A stretch of 59,121 nt of DNA, filler included, from 5 parts of 5 records of this genome joined end to end with filler, not necessarily neighbours in it; one strand, 5' to 3'; shown: positions 8,767 through 18,391, counted from the whole stretch's first letter. A program made the numbers and translations. The notes: generated from the sequence alone by a model not told the origin.

Positions 8767-10282
8767 TCTTTTTGACTCCCAATGCTTGTTTGATGATCTC
8801 TTTTTCATTGATATTCTCACCGCTGAGCTCGCAGGCCACGGCGCCGTCGCGTATGACGAGGACGCGGTCGCTCATGGAGATCAGTTCGGGCATGTCGGAG
8901 CTGATCATGATCACCCCCTTGCCCCGGCTGGTAAGCCGGCTCATCTGCTTGTAGAATTCGGCCTTGGCGTTGACATCGATGCCTCTGGTGGGCTCGTCGA
9001 AGATATAGACCTCCTGGTCCACCATGAGCCACTTGGCCAGGACGACCTTCTGCTGATTGCCTCCCGAGAGATTAATCGCTTCGGTTTTGACGGAGGGGGT
9101 CTTGATCTTCAGATCCCCGATCAGCCGTTTCACCTTGTCCTGATGACGGTCCTGCCGATAGAAAAAGCCTTTGATTCTGGACATGATGGCGATGATCAGG
9201 GCGTTTTCCAGTACAGATTTCTGAAGCATCAGTCCCAGTCTCTGCCGGTCTTCCGTGATAAAGGCAAAGCCCTCTCTGATGCTGTCGGCCGGGGACTTGA
9301 TCATCAGCTCTTTTCCCTTCATCAGGATGGTTCCGGCATGGCGGGGATCGGCTCCGGTCAGGGCCCTCAGGATCTCGGTTCTCCCCGATCCCACCATACC
9401 GGCGAAGCCGAGGATCTCTCCCTCCCTGACGCCGAACGAGACCCTGGGGCTTTCCGCATCCAGCTGCAGATCCCTGACCTCCAGCAAAAGCTCGCCCATG
9501 GGATTTTTCTCTTTCTCATAGAACATCTCGACGGGACGGCCGACCATGTCGTTTGTCAGTACGCCCAGATCCATGTTTCTGTCGGGATTGGGATAGGTGT
9601 TGACCTCCCTGCCGTCCCGGATGACCGTGATCCGGTCCGCGATGGAGACGACCTCATTCAGGAAATGGGAAATGTAGATGATGCCGATGCCCTGTTCGGC
9701 AATCCGCCGAGCCAGTTCCAGGACCTTGGCCGCATCCTCTGTATTGAACATGGAAGTCGGTTCGTCCATGATCAGGATTCCCGGGTTGAAGGAAAGGGCC
9801 TTGAGGATCTTGACGAACTGCTGATCCGAGACCGACAGATCCTCAATCCTCGTCTCCAGGCAGATCTCTATCCCCAGCTCTTCCATCTGACGACGGGTTT
9901 CCTCCCGCATGGAGGGATAATCGACGGTCCCCCATCTAGTGCTCTTTTCATTGCCCACGAATATGTTTTCCACCACATTCATGGTGGGAACCAGATCGTT
10001 CTCCTGGTAGACGATGGCGATTCCGAGCTGTTTGGCGAGGTGAGGAGTCAGGGTGTCGTAATCCCTGTCATGGAGGCTTATACTTCCCCCGTTCGGGGTG
10101 TAGGCTCCGCTGAGGACCTTCATCAGCGTTGACTTGCCGGCTCCGTTTTCTCCTACTAGGCAGTGGATCTCTCCCGGGAAGAGATTGAAGCTGATGCTGT
10201 CGAGGGCCCTGACGCCGGGGAATTCCTTGATGATATCCCTGACGGATATCAGTGGGCGTTGGTCGTTCATTGTGTTTTTCAT
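8756..10282 (-). CDS. monosaccharide ABC transporter ATP-binding protein (RbsA/MglA-like, tandem ABC domains)
   Basis: GENGAGKST, MDEPT, LSGGNQQKV, FDEPTRGIDV. Confidence 0.95.
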   Translation of the reverse strand: MKNTMNDQRPLISVRDIIKEFPGVRALDSISFNLFPGEIHCLVGENGAGKSTLMKVLSGAYTPNGGSISLHDRDYDTLTPHLAKQLGIAIVYQENDLVPTMNVVENIFVGNEKSTRWGTVDYPSMREETRRQMEELGIEICLETRIEDLSVSDQQFVKILKALSFNPGILIMDEPTSMFNTEDAAKVLELARRIAEQGIGIIYISHFLNEVVSIADRITVIRDGREVNTYPNPDRNMDLGVLTNDMVGRPVEMFYEKEKNPMGELLLEVRDLQLDAESPRVSFGVREGEILGFAGMVGSGRTEILRALTGADPRHAGTILMKGKELMIKSPADSIREGFAFITEDRQRLGLMLQKSVLENALIIAIMSRIKGFFYRQDRHQDKVKRLIGDLKIKTPSVKTEAINLSGGNQQKVVLAKWLMVDQEVYIFDEPTRGIDVNAKAEFYKQMSRLTSRGKGVIMISSDMPELISMSDRVLVIRDGAVACELSGENINEKEIIKQALGVKKNGR

Positions 10283-10362
10283 ATTTTATTCTTGAACCCG
10301 GCCTCCCCCCCGCGGGGAGGAGACCGGGCTGTTTTCCAGGGCTCGCGCCCTTGAGTCGGGAT

Positions 10363-11352
10363 TTACTTCAGGTACTCGTAGGCCGCGGCGTAGTCGTCCC
10401 AGGCGATAAACGCGTCCAGCTTATCCGCAGATACGGGGATGATCGGAAGGGCTGTGAACTTTTCACTGGGAGCCCTGCCGTTGGCGACATAGTCGTAGAT
10501 GTTCATAAAGGTCTTCACACCCTGGATGGATACGGGGGCGGTCATGTTGGCGGTCTCGATACCGTCTTCAAGCATCCTGTATCCATCGGGAGAACCGCCG
10601 GTGGAGATGATGGGAACGCCCGATCTTCCGGCGTCCTGAAGGGCCTGATAGCAGCCCTGGGCCATCATGTCGTTGTTGGCGAAGATCACATCGAATTCCG
10701 TATCGCCGGAGATGACGTCTGTCGTGATATTGTAGGCCTTGTCTGTCAGCCAGTCTCCGTGGAGCGTCGCTACCACGTCTACCTTGCTTCCGAACTCAGA
10801 CAGAGCGCGGTCGATGCCCTCCTGGTATTTCTCGTAGACACCGGCACCTCTCTGTCCGGCGCAGTAGAACACCTTGGCACCGGGGTAGGTTTCGGCGATA
10901 AACTTAATGGCCGCGTAGCCGATGTCGTCGTACAGGCAGGCGACGGTGGCCAGGTAATCGCCGGGCTCCTCGGTGTCCATGGCGAAGTTTTCAACCGTAA
11001 CGGGGATGCCCGCTTCGTTGGCCATCTTGACCAGCTGAGCGCCCTGTTCCGTTGAGATGGGGAAGATAGAGATCCCGTCCACCTCCTGCAGGATCAGGCT
11101 TTCCATGGCCGTGATCGACTCTTCCAGACTGTTCTTCGAGTCCAGGATGACGGTCTTTACGGGCCGGTCGGCCTGGGTGGCGGCATATTCGAAGGCTCTG
11201 GCAGAGTACTCATTCCAGATATCCGTCATATCGTAGGCGATATATCCTATGGTGTAGCCCTCTTTTTCCGTCTGTCCTTCCTGCTGTCCATTGGCGAAGA
11301 TCGATGCCGCGCAGAACATCAAGACCAGTAATGCAATCAGATTTCTTTTCAT
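10363..11352 (-). CDS. sugar ABC transporter substrate-binding protein (RbsB-like)
   Basis: Signal peptide ending FANGQQE (Spirochaetales-style), AGIPV, IFANNDMMAQG; first gene of the ABC triplet. Confidence 0.9.
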   Translation of the reverse strand: MKRNLIALLVLMFCAASIFANGQQEGQTEKEGYTIGYIAYDMTDIWNEYSARAFEYAATQADRPVKTVILDSKNSLEESITAMESLILQEVDGISIFPISTEQGAQLVKMANEAGIPVTVENFAMDTEEPGDYLATVACLYDDIGYAAIKFIAETYPGAKVFYCAGQRGAGVYEKYQEGIDRALSEFGSKVDVVATLHGDWLTDKAYNITTDVISGDTEFDVIFANNDMMAQGCYQALQDAGRSGVPIISTGGSPDGYRMLEDGIETANMTAPVSIQGVKTFMNIYDYVANGRAPSEKFTALPIIPVSADKLDAFIAWDDYAAAYEYLK

Positions 11353-11411
11353 AATTCTCCTCCTGTAGATTCATATATAAAACACTCATCAGGTGTTTAT
11401 ACGCGGTGCTT

Positions 11412-12224
11412 TCAGAGAACGAATCCCCGTTCCCTCAGATAGTCTGCAGACCGGCGGACCGCTTCGTTGACCTCGTCCAGCGATGCCGGTCCTTTCTCTG
11501 TGAACTCTATCTCTATACTGAAGGGGGCGCTGTTGCCAGCCGATTCAAGGAGCTCGAAGATCTCGGGAAAGCGGACGTACCCCTCTCCCAGGGCGGGGAA
11601 ATCCCATGCCTTCCTGTCTCCCCCCTTGTCCTTCAGATGGAGATAGGCCACCTTATCCAGGCACTCCCGGATGTCCTTTTCGGGATCCACATCCCCGTAG
11701 AAGATGACGTTGGCCGTGTCGTAGTTGATACCGACCCGGGGGGAGCCGACCGCCTCTATGATGGGCGTTAAGGCGGCGGCGCTGGCATGGTCGCCATGGG
11801 CCTCCAGGACCAGCGTCATGTCCAGAGAGTCCAGAAGGGGGAGGAGCTCCCGGATGTTGCGGGCCAGACCGTCGATTCCGGAGACGGCCCTGTCTTTCAG
11901 ATGCGCCTCGCCTACGGACGATACGATAAAGGGGCTGTCGAAGAACGCAGCCAATTCGATGTTGTCTATGAAGTCGGGGATCCTATCGGGATCCATCAGG
12001 TTGCAGTGTCCGCTCAGACCAGCGGTCTTCAGCTTCCGTTCTTTCATCAGGCGGCGTACCTCCAAGAGCTCCTTGAGGCTCTGGTCGGGATAGACATGCT
12101 CGGTCCATCCCTTGGTGGCGGTGAGTTCCACATAATGGAAACCGGCTTCCGCTATCCCGGACAGGGCCTCTTCGAGCGAATAGCCGTGATAGCAATTCGT
12201 ATTTACCGCAATAATCCTGTTCAT
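11412..12224 (-). CDS. sugar phosphate isomerase/epimerase (TIM barrel)
   Basis: AGFHYVEL, LEAHG, NYDTAN, HLKDK, LGEG, SIEIE motifs. Confidence 0.88.
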   Translation of the reverse strand: MNRIIAVNTNCYHGYSLEEALSGIAEAGFHYVELTATKGWTEHVYPDQSLKELLEVRRLMKERKLKTAGLSGHCNLMDPDRIPDFIDNIELAAFFDSPFIVSSVGEAHLKDRAVSGIDGLARNIRELLPLLDSLDMTLVLEAHGDHASAAALTPIIEAVGSPRVGINYDTANVIFYGDVDPEKDIRECLDKVAYLHLKDKGGDRKAWDFPALGEGYVRFPEIFELLESAGNSAPFSIEIEFTEKGPASLDEVNEAVRRSADYLRERGFVL

Positions 12225-12236
12225 GGAAAGTCTCCT

Positions 12237-13439
12237 TCAGCCCAGTATCAGGGCGTCGTTCATAGGGGATGAAAAGCTGTAGTGAATGTCGAGGAAGTAG
12301 CGCGCCGCTCCCTGTGTCATGGCATCTGCGGACAGCCTCGTATAGTGCAGGTCCACGTGGTCGGTGAACTGCCTGAAACCGCAGCCCTTCAGCTTTGCCT
12401 TAACAAGGTCGAGAAAGGGTTGCCCCATGGCGGCTCCCTTCCCCCCGATGACGATGATCCTGGGATTGTTCAGGGAGATGAGGATGCCGATGCCATGGGC
12501 CAGATCCTCTGTGAAGGATGCGGCCAGGGCGGAGGCATGGGGATTCCCTTCCGCCAGATCCCTGCTGAACTGCTCGAAGTTCCGGGGACTGTCCTTTTCC
12601 GAATAACCGGCATCCGTTCCTCTGCCGGGCAGGCCTATCTCTCCCAGAAGGATGTCCGTGCATCCCCGGTTGCCGCAGGCGCAGAGCGGGCCGTGCCTGT
12701 CGAGGGACATATGGCCGAACTGGCAGGAGACGGCGCCCGCTCCCCTGTGCATCTTTCCTTCGGCGAAGAGGACGGCTCCCACTCCTTCGTTCAGGTTCAG
12801 GTAGGCGAAATCCCTTTCGTTCAGCTCGGTCAGTTTGGTTTCCGCATAGCCCAGACAGGCCGTATCGTTGAAAAAGCCGAGGGGAAGGGCGGGGAATCTT
12901 TTCTTCAGCTCGGCGGGAAGGCTATCGTCTTCGATGACATCCAGAATCGTGGAATGGAGGGTGCCCTTTTCGGAATCAACGATTCCTGGGAAGACCACGC
13001 TGAGTCCCAGCAGCTCAGAGCCTTGGGTGTCGCAGAAGGGTCGGATGGTATCCCTGTAGATACTCTCAATGAGATCCGGAGCGTCCTTGTAGTTCTCTAT
13101 GGGAGTCTTATGGCGGAAAAGGATGGATGAGTTTATCGCCACCAGGCTGAAGATCATCCTTTTCTTCTCCCAGGTGATGACGAGTATGCCGTTTCTCGAC
13201 GCGTCCAGCTCCAGTACCGACAGGGGCTTCCGTCCGGGTTTGACCGAGTCGCCGGAGAAGGCGGTCTCATTGATAAACCGTCCGTTCAGCAGCTCATCCA
13301 CCAGAGAGGAAACGGTCGTCTTGGTCAGCTTTGTTTTTTTTGCCAGTTCCGCCCGGGTGATCCTGGGATTATCCGCAATGGATAATAGGATCAGTTTCAG
13401 GTTGTGCTCCCGAATCATCTTCTGGCTCAATGCTTTCAT
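12237..13439 (-). CDS. ROK family transcriptional regulator (XylR-like)
   Basis: ITRAELAKKTKLTKTTVSSLV HTH, PGRKP, QFGHM, CACGNRGC. The ATG at 13439 has GGAG upstream; an alternative GTG start is at 13445. Confidence 0.92.
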   Translation of the reverse strand: MKALSQKMIREHNLKLILLSIADNPRITRAELAKKTKLTKTTVSSLVDELLNGRFINETAFSGDSVKPGRKPLSVLELDASRNGILVITWEKKRMIFSLVAINSSILFRHKTPIENYKDAPDLIESIYRDTIRPFCDTQGSELLGLSVVFPGIVDSEKGTLHSTILDVIEDDSLPAELKKRFPALPLGFFNDTACLGYAETKLTELNERDFAYLNLNEGVGAVLFAEGKMHRGAGAVSCQFGHMSLDRHGPLCACGNRGCTDILLGEIGLPGRGTDAGYSEKDSPRNFEQFSRDLAEGNPHASALAASFTEDLAHGIGILISLNNPRIIVIGGKGAAMGQPFLDLVKAKLKGCGFRQFTDHVDLHYTRLSADAMTQGAARYFLDIHYSFSSPMNDALILG

Positions 13440-13459
13440 TCTCACTCCATGATTAAAAC

Positions 13460-13478
13460 GTTAGTCCAATGGACTAAC
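13460..13478. promoter_or_regulatory. perfect palindrome, candidate autoregulatory ROK operator
   Basis: GTTAGTCCA-A-TGGACTAAC (9-1-9) about 20 nt upstream of the ROK start. The TTAGT...ACTAA ends resemble XylR-type operators. Confidence 0.65.
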
Positions 13479-13700
13479 TAATTAATAACATGGAATATTT
13501 ATCCGGGCAAGGATTTTTATCGACTAATGCAAAAGCCGCCTCCATAGGGGGTGGTTTGAACGCGGCGATAGGCTTCAGCCGGGTATCTTCAGTAATTAAA
13601 AAATGAATTGTATATCTTCCTATAGAGTAGGGGATAGCGAGATAGAGGCAGGTTGGGTCGGGGCCCGGATCGGGATGATCTCAGGCCCCGGGAGAGGGGC

Positions 13701-15170
13701 TCAGTAGACCGCTCTGATCCTTTTGACCCACTCGCGGACCGGATCGTCCAGGCGGTGCATCTCATCCAGCAGGCTGGATATCATCTCCTGTTTGACGGAA
13801 GCGCTCTCCGGATCGGCGATCAGGTTGACCATCTCGTTGGGATCTTTTTCCAGATCGTAGAGCTCTCCGCGCTCAGGAGAATTGAAAACCAGCTTGTGGG
13901 TCCGGGTTCTCAGCATCCTCTGGTTGTAGTCGGTGAAGTGGCCCGTAAACTGGCCGTAAACGAAAGACCGGCTTTCGAAACATCCGTCCCTGCGGAGCAG
14001 GGGGAGGAGGCTCCTGGCCTGATCCAGCTCCGGTGTGTCTTCTCCCGCCAGCTCCAGAGCGGAGGGGAAAAGATCGTGGAGGTAGACAAACTCATCCGTA
14101 CTGCTTCCCGGATCGGCTACCAGGGGGGATTTGATGATCAGGGGGATCCTGTAGGTCTCGTCATACATGAACTCCCCCTTTTCTATCAGCCTGTGAGCGC
14201 CCATGGCGTCGCCGTGGTCCGCCGTGAAGACGATGGTGGTCTCCTCGTAGAGCCCCGCCTCCTTCAGGTAGGCGATAAACTCTCCCATATAGTGGTCTAT
14301 CATGGTGATGTAGCCCCAGTAACAGGCGATGATCTCGCACCATCCCTCCCAGTCCAGATCGTGGACGCCCCACATATGGGAGATATGCTTCTGATGGAGG
14401 GGCTTGGAGTGAAAGGCCTCCTGGAAGGAGGGATCCTTGGCTATGGACTTGCGATCGTACAGGGAGTAGTAGGGCTCGGGGATCACGCAGGGGGTGTGGG
14501 GGCCCCAGAAGTTCATCCACAGGAAGAAGGGCTTCCCCTCCTCCCTGTTTTCCAGGCTCGTTCTGGCTTCGTCGCAGAGGAAGGCGGGGATGGTCGCCTC
14601 CGGGGAACCGCTGAGCCTGCCCCGCAGTTCCTGTATCTGGAGATGGGGATTCATGCCGCAGAAGCTCTCTGTGACCTCGGGAACGGGGTGGCCCTTCTCT
14701 TTCAGCCACTCCTGATATCTGTTCCCTTCGCCCGGCCCCTGGTCGAAGACCATATTTTTGTAGACCCGGGAGCCCGGATAGCCGTAGCCGGGGAAGTCAT
14801 GCCCCCGGAAGCCGTAGTCCGACGGCAGTTTGGACTCGGCGATATGCCACTTGCCCAGGTAGATCTTGTCATAGTCCCGCAGGTAGTCTCCCATGGTGGG
14901 GATGTGGGGGAGGGGATCGGCCTTCTGAAAGCGGTTGTGTCCGGTCTCGGCGTTCTGGGTCACCCCGTGTGAGCTGGGGATGCGGCCTGTGAACAGGCTG
15001 GTGCGGGCGGGGCCGCAGATGGCCGAAGGGGTGAAGGCGCTCTCAAAGAGCAGCCCGTCCCGGGCCAGGGCGTCCAGATGGGGAGTCTTGACCGTGGGAT
15101 GGCCGTAGGTTCCCAGCATATCCAGCCGCTGCTGATCCACCAGTATGTATACGATATTCTGCTTTTTCAT
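13701..15170 (-). CDS. formylglycine-dependent sulfatase (Cys-type)
   Basis: NIVYILVDQQR, CGPARTSLFTG, GKWH, GPHTP, ADHGD; no signal peptide. Confidence 0.93.
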   Translation of the reverse strand: MKKQNIVYILVDQQRLDMLGTYGHPTVKTPHLDALARDGLLFESAFTPSAICGPARTSLFTGRIPSSHGVTQNAETGHNRFQKADPLPHIPTMGDYLRDYDKIYLGKWHIAESKLPSDYGFRGHDFPGYGYPGSRVYKNMVFDQGPGEGNRYQEWLKEKGHPVPEVTESFCGMNPHLQIQELRGRLSGSPEATIPAFLCDEARTSLENREEGKPFFLWMNFWGPHTPCVIPEPYYSLYDRKSIAKDPSFQEAFHSKPLHQKHISHMWGVHDLDWEGWCEIIACYWGYITMIDHYMGEFIAYLKEAGLYEETTIVFTADHGDAMGAHRLIEKGEFMYDETYRIPLIIKSPLVADPGSSTDEFVYLHDLFPSALELAGEDTPELDQARSLLPLLRRDGCFESRSFVYGQFTGHFTDYNQRMLRTRTHKLVFNSPERGELYDLEKDPNEMVNLIADPESASVKQEMISSLLDEMHRLDDPVREWVKRIRAVY

Positions 15171-15214
15171 CCTTTCAGTCCTCCTTCGGTCAGTCCGGCT
15201 ACAAGTTTTTTCTG
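15167..15214 (-). CDS. C-terminal fragment of a carbohydrate ABC permease (MalG-like), cut by the contig end
   Basis: Reads QKKLVAGLTEGGLKG*, the typical C-terminus of CUT1 permeases; the stop overlaps the sulfatase ATG (ATGA). Confidence 0.7.
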   Translation of the reverse strand, partial: QKKLVAGLTEGGLKG

Positions 15215-15314
15215 NNNNNNNNNNNNNNNNNNNNNNNNNNNNNNNNNNNNNNNNNNNNTTAATTAATTAANNNNNNNNNNNNNNNNNNNNNNNNNNNNNN
15301 NNNNNNNNNNNNNN
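15215..15314. other. artificial contig-joining linker
   Basis: 44 N + TTAATTAATTAA (stops in all six frames) + 44 N. Confidence 0.98.
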
Positions 15315-15340
15315 ATAATACGAAAATCAAAGATAAGAAC

Positions 15341-16639
15341 CTAATTGTCCCGGCCGAACATGTACCCGGCAGAGAGCCCAAGCCCGTAGGCAACGCTCAA
15401 AAAGGCATCGGCGTGCTTGATCTTATCCTGGCCGAACTTCTCCCTGAACACCCGGCGCAGCATGGGGATGTAGGAGGAGCCGCCCGTCAGGAACACCTTG
15501 TCGATGTTCGCTTCGGTCAGACCCGCCCGATTCAGGGTATCCTCGATGGAGCCCTGGATCCTGGCGACATTGGCGGCAATCATCTCTTCAAACGCCCCTT
15601 TTTCAACCGCTTCCCGGATAACGATGCCCTGCTCGTTAAACTCGAGGGTGGCGCTGTCACTATCGGAGAGGGCGCACTTGGTCTTCTCGATGGACCGGTA
15701 GAGGTTGAGACCCAGGTTGTGTTCCACCAGGGTCTGAAGATTTTCGACCAACCGCTTATCGGGAAACGAGGCAAACTGGTGAAACTCCTTCACCGACCGG
15801 ACCAGCTTGGGATCCTTGAGCTGGGGAATCCAGTTCCACAGCCGAAGCCTGCGGGTGATGGTGGATGACAGCCCCAGGAGATTGGTGCTCATGGGCAGGC
15901 ACACCTTCACGTCTTTACCAAGGTAGGGGGCCGCCTTTTCCCACATGAGATCGGAATCAAAGGTGTTACCGCCGATATAGATACCCCCGAGGGAAAGAAT
16001 GTCCTCGTTCCGGTCGTAATCGTTACGGTTCCCGCCCTTCAGCCGGATAATGGTGAAATCCGAGGTACCGCCGCCGAAATCCCCGACAAAGATCAACTGC
16101 TCCTCGCCCTCTTCCAGGGTTTGTTCGTAGGAAAGGGCCGCAGCAATGGGCTCAAGCTGGAACTCAATGTTTTTGAACCCGGCCAGCTTTGCCGCCGTCC
16201 GAAGCCGCTCCTCGGCCATCCTGTCCTTTTTGGGATCCTCTGAAAACACCACCGGACGGCCCATCACCACCGAGTCGAGCCCGTGATCGTCCCCATTCTC
16301 GCCCTTGGTCTTCAGGTCCTTCAAAATAAGCGCAACCAGCTCCTCGATGGAAAAGCTCTTCCGGTTGATGGTGGTCTCCGTAAAGGTGGAATCCGGCAGA
16401 AATGATTTAATGGACTGCATATAACGGCCGTCAGAACCGTTCAGGACATACTCCTGGACCGCCTCCTCGCCCGTGTGGATGCTCTCCCCCTCCTCGTCCC
16501 GGTAAAAGTAGAGAACCGATTTCAAATACTTGGTGTTGCTGTTCTTCGGATCCACATCCACCATGCCCACCTGACCATTGTTGCTGATGGCAAGCGCGGA
16601 GTTGGACGTCCCAAAATCAAGACCGCAGGTTGTTGTCAT
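15341..16639 (-). CDS. yegD: Hsp70-family protein, YegD-like (nucleotide-binding domain only)
   Basis: GLDFGTSNS, MGRPV, EPIAAA, DFGGGTSDF, FLTGGSS; 432 aa with no substrate-binding domain. Confidence 0.85.
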   Translation of the reverse strand: MTTTCGLDFGTSNSALAISNNGQVGMVDVDPKNSNTKYLKSVLYFYRDEEGESIHTGEEAVQEYVLNGSDGRYMQSIKSFLPDSTFTETTINRKSFSIEELVALILKDLKTKGENGDDHGLDSVVMGRPVVFSEDPKKDRMAEERLRTAAKLAGFKNIEFQLEPIAAALSYEQTLEEGEEQLIFVGDFGGGTSDFTIIRLKGGNRNDYDRNEDILSLGGIYIGGNTFDSDLMWEKAAPYLGKDVKVCLPMSTNLLGLSSTITRRLRLWNWIPQLKDPKLVRSVKEFHQFASFPDKRLVENLQTLVEHNLGLNLYRSIEKTKCALSDSDSATLEFNEQGIVIREAVEKGAFEEMIAANVARIQGSIEDTLNRAGLTEANIDKVFLTGGSSYIPMLRRVFREKFGQDKIKHADAFLSVAYGLGLSAGYMFGRDN

Positions 16640-16669
16640 ATCATCCCCCCATGATTCAAAAAAGCGAAG

Positions 16670-16698
16670 ATAATATTTTTTTACGGGCCCGGTGTCAA
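16670..16698 (-). promoter_or_regulatory. sigma70-type promoter of the YegD-like gene
   Basis: Minus strand TTGACA (16698-16693), 17-nt spacer, TATTAT (16675-16670). Confidence 0.7.
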
Positions 16699-16827
16699 CC
16701 TTTTTTTGAATAACAGCGAAACCGCAACCCTGAAATTAAAAAAGCGCAATGAGGAGGAGGGGGACGCTTTGCACATCTATTTCCAACAGATGACCTGAAA
16801 AGGGATCAAGCTCCAGGTTCCGTGAAG

Positions 16828-17259
16828 CTATTGTCCACCAACACCGATATAGAGTGAAATAATTTTTTTAAAGGGCAATGAGCCAGATTCCATGTTGACC
16901 AATTCCAATATAGCTTCGCTGTTTTCATTTTTGGCAATAATCTTATCATCCAAGGAATAACTAAAACCGCCTGGCTTTTCAATGTGCGAATTAAAACGTT
17001 TCGAGCCAAACTCGGTACGAAGAATATCCACAGAATCCCGCGTCTTGAACCATTTCTTCCAGATTACAGCTTTTGTTAGCGTATTTGACAGCTGTAATGG
17101 AACTTTGTCGAAAGGGAAACCTTCCGGTAATAATATCGTAATGGTCAAATTATAAATCAAGCAATGTTTTTGTTCGACAATAACAATAGAAACATCCGAT
17201 AATAATTGCACATAACGTCTAATGGGTTCGTTGCTGTATACACTTACGACATTCTTCAT
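16828..17259 (-). CDS. hypothetical protein (cassette-like, AT-rich)
   Basis: 143-aa ORF co-oriented with the array; no recognisable motif. Confidence 0.5.
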   Translation of the reverse strand: MKNVVSVYSNEPIRRYVQLLSDVSIVIVEQKHCLIYNLTITILLPEGFPFDKVPLQLSNTLTKAVIWKKWFKTRDSVDILRTEFGSKRFNSHIEKPGGFSYSLDDKIIAKNENSEAILELVNMESGSLPFKKIISLYIGVGGQ

Positions 17260-17336
17260 ACTTTTTCAGTTTATTATTATCTCACGCGTGGGTGGTGAAC
17301 CATCGTTAAAACTGATAGATTGTCCTAACAAAGGCG

Positions 17337-17882
17337 CTATTCATTTCTAGGATAATTGAGGCGAAAATGAGGTTCACTACTTCGCATTGCAGGTATAAGA
17401 GTATATTCGATTGTTCGAGAGATTTTTTTAGTGCCGACCGTATACTTAAGGTAATAATGACTGAGCTCCCCTTTTGAAAAAACAAAATACTCTTTAATAT
17501 TACTGCTATTATTCAGCCAGAACTTATTGTCGGTTATCTTAAAAGTAGAATGGTTATCTATGAGTTGCGCAGTGTATTGCAATTCAGGATCAATTGCTGG
17601 ATCACCACTCCAAAAAACATAGGCTATATCAGAATTTTCAATGCCCATAAATTGACCTTTGACAAGTTCAATAAAAAGGGTGCTATCACAAGGATTGAAT
17701 GAATTATCGGCAACACTGCATTTTTTATCAACTATTTTATACAAGCCAAGATGGTTTTCCAAATGAGAAGGTTTACCAATAGAACATGCGCTAATTGAAA
17801 CCAATAAAAAAACAATCAATTGACAGGTAAAGAAGATTCGAATTTCAAAATTATTGGAAACTTGCTTAATCATTTCTATCAT
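17337..17882 (-). CDS. hypothetical lipoprotein
   Basis: Hydrophobic stretch LIVFLLVS followed by a lipobox-like ISAC; 181 aa. Confidence 0.6.
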   Translation of the reverse strand: MIEMIKQVSNNFEIRIFFTCQLIVFLLVSISACSIGKPSHLENHLGLYKIVDKKCSVADNSFNPCDSTLFIELVKGQFMGIENSDIAYVFWSGDPAIDPELQYTAQLIDNHSTFKITDNKFWLNNSSNIKEYFVFSKGELSHYYLKYTVGTKKISRTIEYTLIPAMRSSEPHFRLNYPRNE

Positions 17883-17918
17883 TTTCCTAATAAATTTTTT
17901 CCTATAACTAAAGTACGA

Positions 17919-18323
17919 TTACCAAGGGTAACTGATGACAATTCGCGTCTTCGTATCAACCCAATCATATATATTCTTTGCATCCCCCACCTCAACGTGA
18001 ATGCAACCAGCAGTTGGGGCACCGTTACCTGCATAAGTTGCCGGCCCAGGCCATTCGTGTATATAAATACCACGCTGTCCCCAAATTAAGATAGAGTAGT
18101 TCATACGGCATGGGACGTTAATTTGTCCTATGCCAGGATAGTCGCATACATATTCTTGACTGAAATAGGGATGGCGTTTTACGTTTGGTAATGCAGGATT
18201 GATGGTGAGGTCTTTTGGATACTTTATACCTTTTTTGCCAAGACATCGGAATGTTCCCAGACCAATACACTCCATCCCGCCTTCACAAAGGTGATTAAAC
18301 TTGATATCGATGCGTTTTATCAT
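17919..18323 (-). CDS. L,D-transpeptidase (YkuD)-like catalytic domain protein
   Basis: GIYIH-x14-TAGCIHV..DAKNIYDWV matches the HX14-17[S/T]xGC motif. Start re-placed at MIKRID (18323) behind an AGGAG RBS, because the track start (18407) lies inside the attC. Confidence 0.72.
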   Translation of the reverse strand: MIKRIDIKFNHLCEGGMECIGLGTFRCLGKKGIKYPKDLTINPALPNVKRHPYFSQEYVCDYPGIGQINVPCRMNYSILIWGQRGIYIHEWPGPATYAGNGAPTAGCIHVEVGDAKNIYDWVDTKTRIVISYPW

Positions 18324-18391
18324 TACTCCTCTTATAAAGAAGCGTCGATTGATTCGGCTTTGATCATGTGTTCTAAACAGTTTTATAGATT

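Noticed and set aside
16783-16830. Possible terminal attC after the 143-aa ORF
   Set aside because: Only a short ACCTG/CAGGT pairing and a GTTGG core are visible; there is no convincing R'' box or stem.
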